Assembly: GCA_964441065.1 (NCBI GenBank) | Contig: CAYTWD010000001.1 | Coordinates: 5,975-69,974, forward strand | Reading direction: 5' to 3' | From: an uncultured Candidatus Peribacteria bacterium | Lineage (GTDB): Bacteria > Patescibacteriota > Gracilibacteria > UBA1369 > 2-02-FULL-48-14 | Length of the DNA: 64,000 nt | Shown here: piece after piece, positions 26,465 through 36,409 of the stretch | How the letters are laid out: each line of letters begins with the position of its first letter | Position numbering within the stretch: the first letter of the stretch is position 1 | The notes under the pieces: model-generated | What the model was told of the DNA's origin: nothing | Databases searched by the model: none | What the model saw: only the letters and a program-made list of their open reading frames with translations | Program-made: the position numbers and the translations under genes

Positions 26465-27360
26465 AATATTTGGTAACAGGCGGGGCGGGTTTCATTGGAT
26501 CGCATATCGCGCGAGCTCTGCTCGCGCTTGGCCACAAAGTCGCCATAATCGACGATCTTTCAAATTCAAAAAAGGAAAATGTTCCGGAAGGCGCGGAGTT
26601 TTTTCAAGGTTCAATAACAGACAAAACTTTACTAAAAGCATCGCTTCGCGATGTGGACGGAGTTTTTCATTTGGCCGCACTCGTTTCGGTTCCAAAATCA
26701 ATGGAAGATCCAAAATATACCCTTGAAGTTAACGCGCTCGGCACACTTCGAATTCTCGAAGTAATGCGTGAATTAAAAGTTAAAAAAATTGTCTACTCGG
26801 GAACTTCCGCCGCCTACGGTGATCAAGGCTCAGCAAAAAATACCGAAGACATGACTCCGCAAACTCTTTCGCCTTACGCCTACTCAAAACTTGAAAGCGA
26901 ATATTTAATAAAAACTTACGGACATCTTTACGGAATCCAATCTGTTATTTTCAGATACTTCAATGTTTTCGGTCCCGGCCAAGACCCATCTTCGCCGTAC
27001 TCCGCCGTCATCGCACTATTCACTTCTAAAATCCAAAAAGGCGAAAAAATTTCTGTCTACGGTGACGGCAAACAAACCCGCGATTTCATTTTCGTTGATG
27101 ATGTTGTTGCCGCAAATTTACTCGCGATGAACTCATCTGTAAACAACGAAGTAATCAACATCGGCCGCGGCGAATCAATTTCAATTCTCGATTTAATTTC
27201 CGTGCTCGGCAAAATCTTCAATCAAAAAATCGAACCGGAATTTAAAGCACCACGCTCGGGTGACATTCTTCATTCCTGCGCAGACGTTTCAAAAGCACGC
27301 AAGCTACTCAGCTTCGACCCGAAGGTGAATTTGGAGGAGGGATTGAGGAGATTCATATAA
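26461..27360 (+). CDS. NAD-dependent epimerase/dehydratase (UDP-hexose 4-epimerase-like)
   Basis: Contains MKYLVTGGAGFIGSH, YAYSK and GDGKQTRDFIFVDDV. The start overlaps the upstream stop in an ATGA arrangement. Confidence 0.75.
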   Translation: MKYLVTGGAGFIGSHIARALLALGHKVAIIDDLSNSKKENVPEGAEFFQGSITDKTLLKASLRDVDGVFHLAALVSVPKSMEDPKYTLEVNALGTLRILEVMRELKVKKIVYSGTSAAYGDQGSAKNTEDMTPQTLSPYAYSKLESEYLIKTYGHLYGIQSVIFRYFNVFGPGQDPSSPYSAVIALFTSKIQKGEKISVYGDGKQTRDFIFVDDVVAANLLAMNSSVNNEVINIGRGESISILDLISVLGKIFNQKIEPEFKAPRSGDILHSCADVSKARKLLSFDPKVNLEEGLRRFI

Positions 27361-27422
27361 TTTATTGAAGCATATTTTTTAGAAAAAGTCCTGAATTAAA
27401 GCTGAATTTTCACGGTCTTTCA

Positions 27423-27450
27423 TTGACGCTATTTTTGAGTGGAGTATAAA
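27423..27450 (+). promoter_or_regulatory. sigma70-like promoter
   Basis: TTGACG (27423-27428), a 16-nt spacer, then TATAAA (27445-27450). The -10 element ends 23 nt before the ATG at 27474. Confidence 0.45.
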
Positions 27451-27473
27451 GAAAATTACTCTCACAAATTTAT

Positions 27474-27824
27474 ATGGCAACAACTGCGGAGAAAATTCTC
27501 AAAGAACTTGCGAATATGGAAGCAAGAATGAACGCGAAGTTTCTAACCAAGGATGATTTAAAGGACTTTGCAAAAAAACAAGATCTACAGAGATTTGCGA
27601 CGAAGGACGACTTAAGTGCTTATGCTACTAAGGCAGATTTAAAAGGGGGGATAGGAATTTTAAGAGAAGATTTGGAGGTGTTTAAAAACGACATTATGAC
27701 AAAACTAGATACAATTTCCTCAACTTTCCAGGATACCGATGAAATGCTAATTGTATTAGGTGCAAGAACAAACGAACATGAAATTGATATTCGTAAAATA
27801 AAACATAAAGTCGGCCTTAAATAA
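27474..27824 (+). CDS. small coiled-coil protein with four 9-aa repeats
   Basis: 116 aa. The repeats are TKDDLKDFA, KKQDLQRFA, TKDDLSAYA and TKADLKGGI. The gene has its own promoter. Confidence 0.4.
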   Translation: MATTAEKILKELANMEARMNAKFLTKDDLKDFAKKQDLQRFATKDDLSAYATKADLKGGIGILREDLEVFKNDIMTKLDTISSTFQDTDEMLIVLGARTNEHEIDIRKIKHKVGLK

Positions 27825-27829
27825 AATAT

Positions 27830-28927
27830 TCAGAAGCTTTTTAACACTTCCTCCAACTTTGCCAGCCAGTTTTTGTAATCAAAATATTTAACTCGTTCCA
27901 TCGCCGCCCCCCGCATTTTTTTAAGCAAATCTGGATTTTCATAAAACATCTTTATTTTTGCGGCTAAATCTTGCACGTCACCGGCTTTGAAAGTTAAACC
28001 TGATTCTCCGGCAACCCAAGCACTTCCGCTTCCTTCGCTTGAAATAGAGGGAAGTCCATAATTCATTCCTTCCACAACAATCAATCCAAATGGCTCCGGA
28101 TCTAAAGTTGGATGCACAAGCAGTGTCGCCTTTTTGTAAAATTCGCCGACTTCATCATGACTTTTAAATCCGTGAAAAACGACTCTGTCGTCTGCAATTT
28201 TTTCCAAATTATTTTTTTCTTCGCCATCACCGACCAAATCCAATTTTATTTCTTTCGGCAAAAACTTCATTGCCTTAACAAGAATTTCAACGCCTTTATA
28301 AAGCACAAATCGACCCACAAATAATAGTCTAAATTCTTCGCCCGGCTCGCCATTTTCAGGGTGAATTTCAACAAAAGGACAAATCATTGTGGATTTTTCA
28401 TTTGGCAATCCGAACTTTTTAAAAGGCAAAATATTTACCGGTGATTGATAAATAAACCAATCAATCAATTTCAGATTTTTTTTCGCGAATAACATTTCCC
28501 AAGTTCTTTGAATAAAGAGTCCGATTCTGCGTTTTAGATTCATTGGACGACCTGCCTCACTAAACAAATTCATGCTTTCCAAATAAGAGAAAATGAAGGG
28601 CATAACTTTGCTTCCCCCACCTGATTTTTTATAAAAAGCCGCGCCCCACATAAAAAAATGCCCGTCCAAAATATAAAGATCCGTGTCCGATTCATACTTT
28701 TTCAAAATCGAAATAATTTCCGGAATATTCTTTCGCGGGTGAGTACTTGTCATGTGTTCTTCAAGCACTTCGTACGGCAAATTTTTGAAGGAATTTAAAG
28801 TGGAAAATGCTGTGATCATCTTTACTTCGTGTCCATTTTTAAGCAAAGAACTCACCAGTAAATTTATGGAGTGATTCGCACCACCACCACTCAAATTCAT
28901 TTTTGTTGTTAGATATTTAATCCTCAA
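27830..28927 (-). CDS. glycosyltransferase family 4
   Basis: 365 aa. C-terminal EPFGLIVVEGMNYGLPSI (EX7E region). Confidence 0.8.
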   Translation of the reverse strand: MRIKYLTTKMNLSGGGANHSINLLVSSLLKNGHEVKMITAFSTLNSFKNLPYEVLEEHMTSTHPRKNIPEIISILKKYESDTDLYILDGHFFMWGAAFYKKSGGGSKVMPFIFSYLESMNLFSEAGRPMNLKRRIGLFIQRTWEMLFAKKNLKLIDWFIYQSPVNILPFKKFGLPNEKSTMICPFVEIHPENGEPGEEFRLLFVGRFVLYKGVEILVKAMKFLPKEIKLDLVGDGEEKNNLEKIADDRVVFHGFKSHDEVGEFYKKATLLVHPTLDPEPFGLIVVEGMNYGLPSISSEGSGSAWVAGESGLTFKAGDVQDLAAKIKMFYENPDLLKKMRGAAMERVKYFDYKNWLAKLEEVLKSF

Positions 28928-30387
28928 ATTATGTTTTGTAAGATGCTTTTTAACGTTTCACCCGGGCCGATTTTAAAATATTTCCACATTATAAAAATAA
29001 TTGCGTTATAAATTATTCCGATTCCAATCATTGCGGATGCGTATTCAAAAATATTTCCAAATCCAACAAAACGGTTGTATCCAACGCTCAACGCGCCTGC
29101 AACAAGCGTCGCAAAACATACCGCGAAAGTACAAGGTATAAGTTTGCTTAATTTGAACTCGATTAATCTCACAACGTTATAAGTTGTGTAAATGAAGCAA
29201 AGTCCGGTCGAAATTATTAATGAATATGCGGCACCTGAAATGCCATATTTTGGAACCATAAACCAGAGCCCAAAGAATAGTGCAACAACTTGTATCAAGA
29301 TTGAATAAAAGTAGATTTTTGGCTTTCCCATGCCATTAAAAATCGGATATGTAATTGTCACAAATCCTCTGATTGTCATGGCAATCATTAGAAATTTTAG
29401 CGGAAAAACAATGTCTGCCCATTCTGCCTTCAAAACCAAACCGATTAAGTTGTTTGCCTGTGTGAAAACCAAAGCTAAAAAAGGCAAAGCGATCAACATG
29501 TTTATGTCGAATAATTTTTGTAATGCGTTTCTAACACTTTGCTTGTCTGCCTGAACTTTTGAGATTGAAGCGAAACCGATTTTAATAGCAATCTGCGAAA
29601 CGTAACTAGATGGAATTGTGGAAAAATCTCTAGCCTTGGTGTAAATGCCCAATTCTTGAGGCCCAAGCAAATGTGCCAAAAAAGTGCTGTCAATCACACT
29701 GTTTAGATAATTTGCCAAGTTACTACCAACGATCCATGAACTATAATTAAAAAGATTTCTCAAATTCTTAAAGTGAAAATCAAAACGTGGTCTATACGGA
29801 CTCAAAAAATAAGTTGATAACGTTGACCATAAATAAGAGGTGAGAGTAGCTGATGCCAAAGCCCAAACCGGACTTACAAGTTGAACCATTATCAAGCCCA
29901 TAATCATATATGCAATCGGCATTCCCAAATCGCGGAAGAAAATCATTTTGAAGTCTATATTTTTTGTGAAATAAATATGACCGATATTTGAAAGTCCTTC
30001 CGCAACCACAAATAAACCTGAAAATCTAATCACATCGACATAATCACCAACATTAAAAAATTTTGCGGCAAAAGGCGCGACAATCCAAATTATTAAAAAA
30101 ATAGCAATGGATCTCAAAATATTTAGAGTCCAAACTTTGTTTAAATACTGTACAATTCCATCTTTACTTTGAATCAAAGCCGCTTCAAATCCGGTTTGAG
30201 AAATAGTGTTCAAAAATCCAATTAAAATTGTAACGGAAGCCATAATTCCATAAGCTTCGGGCATTATTAATCGAGACAAAAGCAAAAAACTAACAATCCC
30301 CAAAACCCTTTGTATCAAAATATCCGCCGTCATCCACAGGCTTGAATTTATCGTTCTCTTGTAAACCTCGGAATTGCTTAACTCCAT
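28924..30387 (-). CDS. Wzx-type oligosaccharide flippase (MOP superfamily polysaccharide biosynthesis protein)
   Basis: 487 aa with about 12-14 TM helices. The N-terminus (...ADILIQRVLGIVSFLLLSRLIMPEAYGI) is typical of Wzx/RfbX proteins. Confidence 0.8.
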   Translation of the reverse strand: MELSNSEVYKRTINSSLWMTADILIQRVLGIVSFLLLSRLIMPEAYGIMASVTILIGFLNTISQTGFEAALIQSKDGIVQYLNKVWTLNILRSIAIFLIIWIVAPFAAKFFNVGDYVDVIRFSGLFVVAEGLSNIGHIYFTKNIDFKMIFFRDLGMPIAYMIMGLIMVQLVSPVWALASATLTSYLWSTLSTYFLSPYRPRFDFHFKNLRNLFNYSSWIVGSNLANYLNSVIDSTFLAHLLGPQELGIYTKARDFSTIPSSYVSQIAIKIGFASISKVQADKQSVRNALQKLFDINMLIALPFLALVFTQANNLIGLVLKAEWADIVFPLKFLMIAMTIRGFVTITYPIFNGMGKPKIYFYSILIQVVALFFGLWFMVPKYGISGAAYSLIISTGLCFIYTTYNVVRLIEFKLSKLIPCTFAVCFATLVAGALSVGYNRFVGFGNIFEYASAMIGIGIIYNAIIFIMWKYFKIGPGETLKSILQNII

Positions 30388-31268
30388 ATTTTTTTCAAAA
30401 TTAATTGAAAGATTTTTTTAAATCCTCTGAATCTATAATTATATTTCTTACCGTCAATCAATGTCATACCGTTAACTTTAGAAATTGTATGTAGACCATA
30501 TTTGTATATTGAATTTTCATAAGGTTCGACTTTTGTAACTTCAATTTCTTTAAACTCAGACGCGCTCAATTTTTTTATCTCACTGATTCTAACAGTTCCC
30601 CCATAAGTTTTCGAGCAATCTTGCGCTGGTCTATAAATTTTACCGTCGTGAACAAAAATTGAACCGGCCGGCCGTGAAGACTTTATATCATTTTTAACAG
30701 GATTTTTTTTATGTTCTTTCCACTCGCCAAATAAATCTTTTGCGTATCGAATATAAAGTTTTGAATGCGGTGAATCCGCCAAAGTATAAAAACAAAACCA
30801 CATTCCATTCTGCTTTAAAAAAGTCGCATCGCTCACTTTCCCTTTAAAAAGCACCTGAACCTTTTTCCACTTCCATGGAAAGTCCAAAGCTTTATAAATC
30901 GCGACTTCATTTGCCTGATTCGTTTCAGGCACACAATAAATTTCCCCATCCTCTTCTATCAAAAATGGATAAGAAGCATGAACCTCCAAATCCATCACTT
31001 TCTCATTTCTATCCCCGACTCGAGCATAAATTTCACCCAATTTGCGTTCATAATCATAATTTTCATACAAAATTCCCAGTTTCCCGTGATGCACAATCCC
31101 AAAAGGATCGGCATGAAATTCTTTCCTCATAACATTTCCAATCCACTGCACCTCCGGCTTCTTGCCATTCAAAAAATCCTCAATTGGAGCATCAACAAGG
31201 CCAATATTCCAATTTGCTCTCTCCTCGAAAAAAAGTCCGTGAATTTTTTTAAGCATATCTAGATGCAT
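30378..31268 (-). CDS. hypothetical protein, possibly GH43-like beta-propeller fold
   Basis: 296 aa. The pattern WNIG...HASYPF...GEWKEHKKNP...SRPAG...YRPAQDCSKTYGG resembles an uncharacterised family that recurs in O-antigen clusters. This call is made from memory. Confidence 0.3.
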   Translation of the reverse strand: MHLDMLKKIHGLFFEERANWNIGLVDAPIEDFLNGKKPEVQWIGNVMRKEFHADPFGIVHHGKLGILYENYDYERKLGEIYARVGDRNEKVMDLEVHASYPFLIEEDGEIYCVPETNQANEVAIYKALDFPWKWKKVQVLFKGKVSDATFLKQNGMWFCFYTLADSPHSKLYIRYAKDLFGEWKEHKKNPVKNDIKSSRPAGSIFVHDGKIYRPAQDCSKTYGGTVRISEIKKLSASEFKEIEVTKVEPYENSIYKYGLHTISKVNGMTLIDGKKYNYRFRGFKKIFQLILKKIWS

Positions 31269-31287
31269 TCTAACACAGATTAAAGAT

Positions 31288-31316
31288 TTGACAAACTAAC
31301 CATATAATGTGATAAT
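31288..31316 (+). promoter_or_regulatory. near-consensus sigma70 promoter
   Basis: TTGACA (31288-31293), a 17-nt spacer, then GATAAT (31311-31316). Confidence 0.5.
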
Positions 31317-31340
31317 GACAGCTCATTTAACAAAATTCGA

Positions 31341-32390
31341 ATGTTACCTGAAAACGAATCACTTAATTTTGAAGAAACAATCACAGAAATTGAATTACAA
31401 CTTCAAAGAGCGCCAGAGAGAAGTTCAACTGTCGAATCAATCAATGCTTTACATGAGAAAAGAAAGGCTGCAATTGCAAAACTAATGAAACCTGAGGAGG
31501 CGAGAGCAATTTTCCTCGACACCTTAATTGAAGCTAAAGAAAGTTTTGAAAGAGCAACTTTAGCTGTGGATATTGGTGATACTTATCGAAGAGAAGGAAC
31601 TCCTGAAAGTTATGAAGCGGCGGAGAAAATTTTTGAAACGGTGTCTACGACAATTGAGAAAGGTAATGGATTTGAGTCCACGATAGTCGATATAAACAGA
31701 TATGTTGCTCAAGCACTTTTATATTTTTCGAGAGATTCAAAATCTCAACCAAACGAAGCCGGAATGGCACTACTCAAAGAAGCCGCAAATGCCTCAATAG
31801 TTCTTTTGGAAAGCGGGAAGAAAGATATTTTGTCCTCAGAATTTGGGCGAAATACTCTTTCTCGCGCTATTACATTCCTTTCAAGCTACGCGATAAGAAT
31901 GGGCGACATGGCTACATTTACGGAATCAGCGGCAAATGAAAAAAAATACGGATTAGAACCAAAAAATCCGCACGATAAAGGGAACAGAGTCAATTCACTA
32001 GCGATTGCCCATCTTGACATGGTTAAGCCGGAGATGAGTGACGAGCAGAAGAGAGATCTTTTGAAGAATGCACTGCAGTATGCCAGCGAAGCCGATATGT
32101 GCTACCTTAACGCACAATCTAATGCAGGTTACGCCGCTGCAATTTTGGCACGACTGACCAAGCTCAGAATTTTTGCCGCGAAATTTAAATATAATTTGGA
32201 TCGTAACCTTACACAGACTTACATGGAGGGTGAACTAAATACACTAGGTCAGTACATCGCAAAATATTCGCAAACAGTACAACCGGACGCCCTTCGTGGA
32301 AGTTTTGAGATTCTCTCTAAAGAACTTGAAGACAGTGGCTGCAAGCATATTCGAGACGAACTCAAAACTATCTTAAATTTGCAATCATAA
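31341..32390 (+). CDS. hypothetical all-helical cytoplasmic protein
   Basis: 349 aa with no recognisable motif. It has its own promoter and sits inside the glycan island. Confidence 0.4.
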   Translation: MLPENESLNFEETITEIELQLQRAPERSSTVESINALHEKRKAAIAKLMKPEEARAIFLDTLIEAKESFERATLAVDIGDTYRREGTPESYEAAEKIFETVSTTIEKGNGFESTIVDINRYVAQALLYFSRDSKSQPNEAGMALLKEAANASIVLLESGKKDILSSEFGRNTLSRAITFLSSYAIRMGDMATFTESAANEKKYGLEPKNPHDKGNRVNSLAIAHLDMVKPEMSDEQKRDLLKNALQYASEADMCYLNAQSNAGYAAAILARLTKLRIFAAKFKYNLDRNLTQTYMEGELNTLGQYIAKYSQTVQPDALRGSFEILSKELEDSGCKHIRDELKTILNLQS

Positions 32391-32409
32391 CTTTAAAGAG
32401 TAAAATCAC

Positions 32410-33411
32410 ATGGAAAATATGCTTTCATTTCTAGACAACAAGTCAATTTTAGTAACGGGTGGAACAGGCTCGTTCGGTAAGAATTTTATAAGATTCCTTC
32501 TTGATAATTCAAAAGCGAAAAGAATTGTTGTTTTCAGTAGAGATGAATTCAAGCATTTCCAAATGCAAAAAGAATTCACTGATCCAAGACTTCGATTTTT
32601 TATTGGCGACATTAGAGACAAAGAAAGATTGATGAGAGCTTTCAAAAATGTGGATATTGTTGTGCACGCGGCGGCTTTGAAGCACGTTCCGATGTTGGAA
32701 TATAATCCTTTTGAAGCGGTTAAAACAAATATTTTGGGAACGCAAAACGTGATTGACGCGGCCATTGATTGCGGTGTTAAAAAAGTTCTTTTGATTTCAA
32801 CAGATAAAGCGGCTCTTCCTGCGAATTTATACGGATCAACAAAACTTTGCGCCGAAAAACTTTTCATCGCGGGAAATTTCTATTCTCCTGAAACAACAAA
32901 ATTTGCCGTTGTTAGATACGGAAATGTAATTGGAAGTCGTGGAAGTATTATTGAGACTCTACTTTCTCAACCCGATATTAAGAAAATTACAATTACAGAT
33001 TTGGAAATGACTCGTTTTTGGCTGAAAATTGAGGAAAGTTTCCAATTGGTTTGCTTCGCTTTGGAACAGATGGAAGGCGGAGAAACTTTCATTCCAAAAA
33101 TGCCTTCAATGAAAATCGTGGATATGTTCGATGCGATTGTACCTAACGCGGAAAAAGAAATAATTGGAATTCGACCGGGAGAAAAAATGCACGAAATTTT
33201 GCTAACCGAGCAAGAATCTGTGCGTGCAATTGAGCTGGCAAAATACTTTGTTGTCTTGCCTGAATTCAAAATCTCACCGGCCTACGACTACGAAAAATAC
33301 ACAAAAATGCGAATTGGAAATCACAAGAAATTTGAGTACAGCAGCGATAGAAATGACAAGTGGTTAACTAAAGAAGATTTGTCAAAAATCATAAAAGAAT
33401 TAATCATCTAG
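32410..33411 (+). CDS. pseB: UDP-N-acetylglucosamine 4,6-dehydratase (inverting), PseB/FlaA1-like
   Basis: 333 aa. Contains LVTGGTGSFGK, the HAAALKHVP motif and STDKAALPANLYGSTK, followed at a 1-nt gap by a DegT aminotransferase. Confidence 0.8.
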   Translation: MENMLSFLDNKSILVTGGTGSFGKNFIRFLLDNSKAKRIVVFSRDEFKHFQMQKEFTDPRLRFFIGDIRDKERLMRAFKNVDIVVHAAALKHVPMLEYNPFEAVKTNILGTQNVIDAAIDCGVKKVLLISTDKAALPANLYGSTKLCAEKLFIAGNFYSPETTKFAVVRYGNVIGSRGSIIETLLSQPDIKKITITDLEMTRFWLKIEESFQLVCFALEQMEGGETFIPKMPSMKIVDMFDAIVPNAEKEIIGIRPGEKMHEILLTEQESVRAIELAKYFVVLPEFKISPAYDYEKYTKMRIGNHKKFEYSSDRNDKWLTKEDLSKIIKELII

Positions 33412-33412
33412 C

Positions 33413-34513
33413 ATGATTCCCTACGGACGACAGTCAATTGATGAAAGCGACATTCAAGCTGTTGTTTCAGTTCTAAAAGGCGATTTTTTAACTCAAGGCC
33501 CCTCGGTTTCCGAATTTGAAAAGGCTCTTTGCGATTTTACCGGTTCAAAATTTGCGGTCGCGGTTTCAAACGGGACAACCGCGCTTCATTTGGCTTATTT
33601 GGCCGCAGGAATTTCACAAGGCGATGAACTTATAACGACCCCAAACACATTTGTTGCCACGGCAAATATGATGATTCTTTGTGGCGCAAAACCGGTTTTC
33701 TGCGATATCCGACTCGACACTTACAATATTGATGAAGAAAAAATTGAAGCTCTTATTACTCCGAAAACAAAGGCGATAGTTGCGGTGGATTTTGCGGGTC
33801 AACCATGCGAATGGAATCGACTTCATGAAATCGCCCAAAAACATAATTTGATTTTGATTGACGATGCCGCGCATTCACTTGGCGCGACTTATAAAGGCAG
33901 AAAATCCGGAACTTTGGCGAACTTGTCCACTTTAAGTTTTCATCCTGTTAAATCAATCACAACGGGTGAGGGTGGAGCGGTGTTAACCGATAACGAAGAC
34001 ATGTATAAAAAATTAAAATCAATGCGAAGCCACGGAGTCGCAAAAAATGAAAAAGGCTTCAATGTTATGACTGAAATGGGCTTCAATTATCGAATCACTG
34101 ACATACAATGTGCACTGGGAAACAGCCAGCTTAAACGACTAAATGAATTCATTGCAAAAAGAAGAAAACTTGTGGAAATTTATAAAAAAGAACTCGCAAA
34201 TGTTGATGGAATTATTTTACCGAATGAACTCGATGGCAATTTATCTTCATGGCATATTTTTGTAATTCGAGTCAAAGATCCAAACAAACGTTACGCTCTT
34301 CATGAATTTCTAAAAACAAAAGAAATTCAGTCGAATTTTCACTATCCGACTGTTTACGGACATCCTTATTATCGCCAAAACGGTTACGCAAATACCGCAC
34401 TCCCAAGCGCGGATACTTATGAAAAAACTTCTCTAACAATCCCACTTTATTTTGATTTAAAAGAAGAAGAGGTGACTTTGATTTGCGATTCGATTAAACT
34501 TTTTATGAAATGA
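33413..34513 (+). CDS. pseC: DegT-family aminotransferase, PseC-like
   Basis: 366 aa. Starts IPYGRQSIDESDI and contains the PLP-Lys motif SFHPVKSITTGEGG. Confidence 0.75.
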   Translation: MIPYGRQSIDESDIQAVVSVLKGDFLTQGPSVSEFEKALCDFTGSKFAVAVSNGTTALHLAYLAAGISQGDELITTPNTFVATANMMILCGAKPVFCDIRLDTYNIDEEKIEALITPKTKAIVAVDFAGQPCEWNRLHEIAQKHNLILIDDAAHSLGATYKGRKSGTLANLSTLSFHPVKSITTGEGGAVLTDNEDMYKKLKSMRSHGVAKNEKGFNVMTEMGFNYRITDIQCALGNSQLKRLNEFIAKRRKLVEIYKKELANVDGIILPNELDGNLSSWHIFVIRVKDPNKRYALHEFLKTKEIQSNFHYPTVYGHPYYRQNGYANTALPSADTYEKTSLTIPLYFDLKEEEVTLICDSIKLFMK

Positions 34514-35205
34514 TACTGAAAAACAAGAAAATTTTGGCATTCTTCGCACATCCGGATGATGAAACTCTCGGAGCCGGAGGAACAATCTCAAAACTTGCAA
34601 AAGCCGGCAACGAAATTTTTGTTGCCATTCCCGGTGCGGGTGTTTATGCGCGCAGAAATAAAACTGATGATAAAAAAATGAAAAATGAAAAAAATGCACT
34701 CTCAAAACATTTTGCTGAAGCAATGAAAATTCTTGGAGTGAAGTCGTCGAATATTTTTACCGGATCTTTCCCAGATAACGAAATGGACAAATGCAGTCGT
34801 TTGGAATTGAATCACTGGCTTGAAGATGTTTTGGGAAAAGTAAAACCTGATATTATTTTCACTCATCATAGATTCTGCACAAACATTGATCATCAATATT
34901 GCCATGAGGCCGCTGTTGTTGCCGCAAGACCGGGCACAAACAGCCATATCGTGGTAATCGCCTCTGAAATCCCATCAAGCACCGGTTATTTGAAGCCAAC
35001 AATGTGGGAGCCAAACTTCTATGTTGAACTTTCAAAAAGCGACCTTGAAAACAAAGTCAAAGCGATGATGGCTTACAAAAATGAAGTGCGAAAAGATCCA
35101 CATCCTCGAAGTCCTGAAGTTCTTCGAGCACTCGCAAAAGTTCGCGGGAGCGAATCCGGCTTCAACTTTGCAGAAGCTTTTATGATTTTGAGAGACTTCG
35201 CTTAA
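34510..35205 (+). CDS. PIG-L/LmbE-family N-deacetylase
   Basis: Contains AFFAHPDDETLGAGGTI and a later HxxH-containing region. The start overlaps the pseC stop in an ATGA arrangement. Confidence 0.8.
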   Translation: MILKNKKILAFFAHPDDETLGAGGTISKLAKAGNEIFVAIPGAGVYARRNKTDDKKMKNEKNALSKHFAEAMKILGVKSSNIFTGSFPDNEMDKCSRLELNHWLEDVLGKVKPDIIFTHHRFCTNIDHQYCHEAAVVAARPGTNSHIVVIASEIPSSTGYLKPTMWEPNFYVELSKSDLENKVKAMMAYKNEVRKDPHPRSPEVLRALAKVRGSESGFNFAEAFMILRDFA

Positions 35206-35777
35206 AAGCTCGGTCCAAAAGCTTTCTTATGTTTTTCGTAGAGGTCTTTGTAATACTCCTCTCTTAAAATCGCCATTCTCACAGTGTCATAGTATTTGCT
35301 ATTTCTATAAATATCATTCACGAGCACTCCTTCTTTTTTGAAACCAGCGTTTGTGTAAGCGCCTTCCGCCGCTTTATTTTCTGATGTATATCCCAAGAAA
35401 AGTCTTTGTAAATTTAACCTGTCAAATCCGTAAAAAGACAGCATTTCAATTGTTTCCGTTCCGTAACCTTTGCCCCAAAAAGATTTTTCACCAATCAAAA
35501 TTCTCACTTCGGCTTTTCGCGCGGTGAAATGAATTTCGTAAAGCCCGGCGTAACCAATTGCTTTGCCACTCTCTTTTTCACTCACCATGAATACGCAATT
35601 TTTTTCCGAATTAATATCTGCATCGAGCATTTTTTCAACCTGTTCCATAGTCATCGGTCTTTGACCGCTAAACATGTGAGCGGTAACATTTCCGTCGTTT
35701 AACCATGAGGCGATTTTTTCATAATCGGTCTTTTCAACAGGACTTAAAACTAATCTATTCGATTCTAAAAATGTCAT
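35202..35777 (-). CDS. GNAT N-acetyltransferase (RimJ/RimL-like; PseH candidate)
   Basis: 191 aa. Contains FWGKGYGTE and AEGAYTNAGFKKEG. Confidence 0.75.
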   Translation of the reverse strand: MTFLESNRLVLSPVEKTDYEKIASWLNDGNVTAHMFSGQRPMTMEQVEKMLDADINSEKNCVFMVSEKESGKAIGYAGLYEIHFTARKAEVRILIGEKSFWGKGYGTETIEMLSFYGFDRLNLQRLFLGYTSENKAAEGAYTNAGFKKEGVLVNDIYRNSKYYDTVRMAILREEYYKDLYEKHKKAFGPSF

Positions 35778-36409
35778 GATTTTTCTATTTTAATTATAAA
35801 TTTTTTCCCATTCTTCATAAAGAAAGCTGGGTATCTTTCATTGTCGCAAACTCTTAGTAATGGCAATAATTTTTTTAGCGGCATATTGATATCAAGTTCG
35901 CTGTCTTTTGGTGTTCTTTTTTTATAATAAGTGGCTTTCCCAATCTGTTTTTTCCCTCTAACATTCGGATATTTATCTATAAATTTTAGCAGTAATTTTA
36001 TGCTAATTTTCCCCTGCGCATCTTTCAATTCAGAATTGAGTTCATCTCCATTAAAGTGCAATTTTTCCTGAAAGTAAATCACACCCGAGTCAATTTCATC
36101 AGCCGCTTCGATGAGCGAAACCGGAATATCTTTCTTGCCCCCCAAAATTTGCCAAGTTAAAGGCGACCAACCTCGTCCTTTTGGCAAAGCACTTTCATGC
36201 ACAACAAGATTATGTTTGTTCAATTTTAAAATTTTACTATCAAGTTTTTTTTCACAACCGAGTAAAATACAAATATCGCCTGATTTTATCTCATCTGCAT
36301 GATTCAAAAGCTGACAACTGTGTCCACGTTTATTCAGAGTGCCACGTAAGTCTTCGGCATAAGGCATAATGAAGCTATTTTTATTGTCCACCAGAATAGT
36401 AATTTTCAT
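35774..36409 (-). CDS. formyltransferase-domain protein (sugar N-formyltransferase candidate)
   Basis: 211 aa. Contains the HESALPKGRGWSPLTWQILGG motif and an IDSGVIY segment, matching the Fmt/PurN N-terminal fold. Confidence 0.7.
   Translation of the reverse strand: MKITILVDNKNSFIMPYAEDLRGTLNKRGHSCQLLNHADEIKSGDICILLGCEKKLDSKILKLNKHNLVVHESALPKGRGWSPLTWQILGGKKDIPVSLIEAADEIDSGVIYFQEKLHFNGDELNSELKDAQGKISIKLLLKFIDKYPNVRGKKQIGKATYYKKRTPKDSELDINMPLKKLLPLLRVCDNERYPAFFMKNGKKFIIKIEKS

Noticed and set aside
32406-32867. The 153-aa minus-strand ORF
   Set aside because: It is antisense to the well-conserved pseB N-terminus and its composition is that of a shadow ORF.
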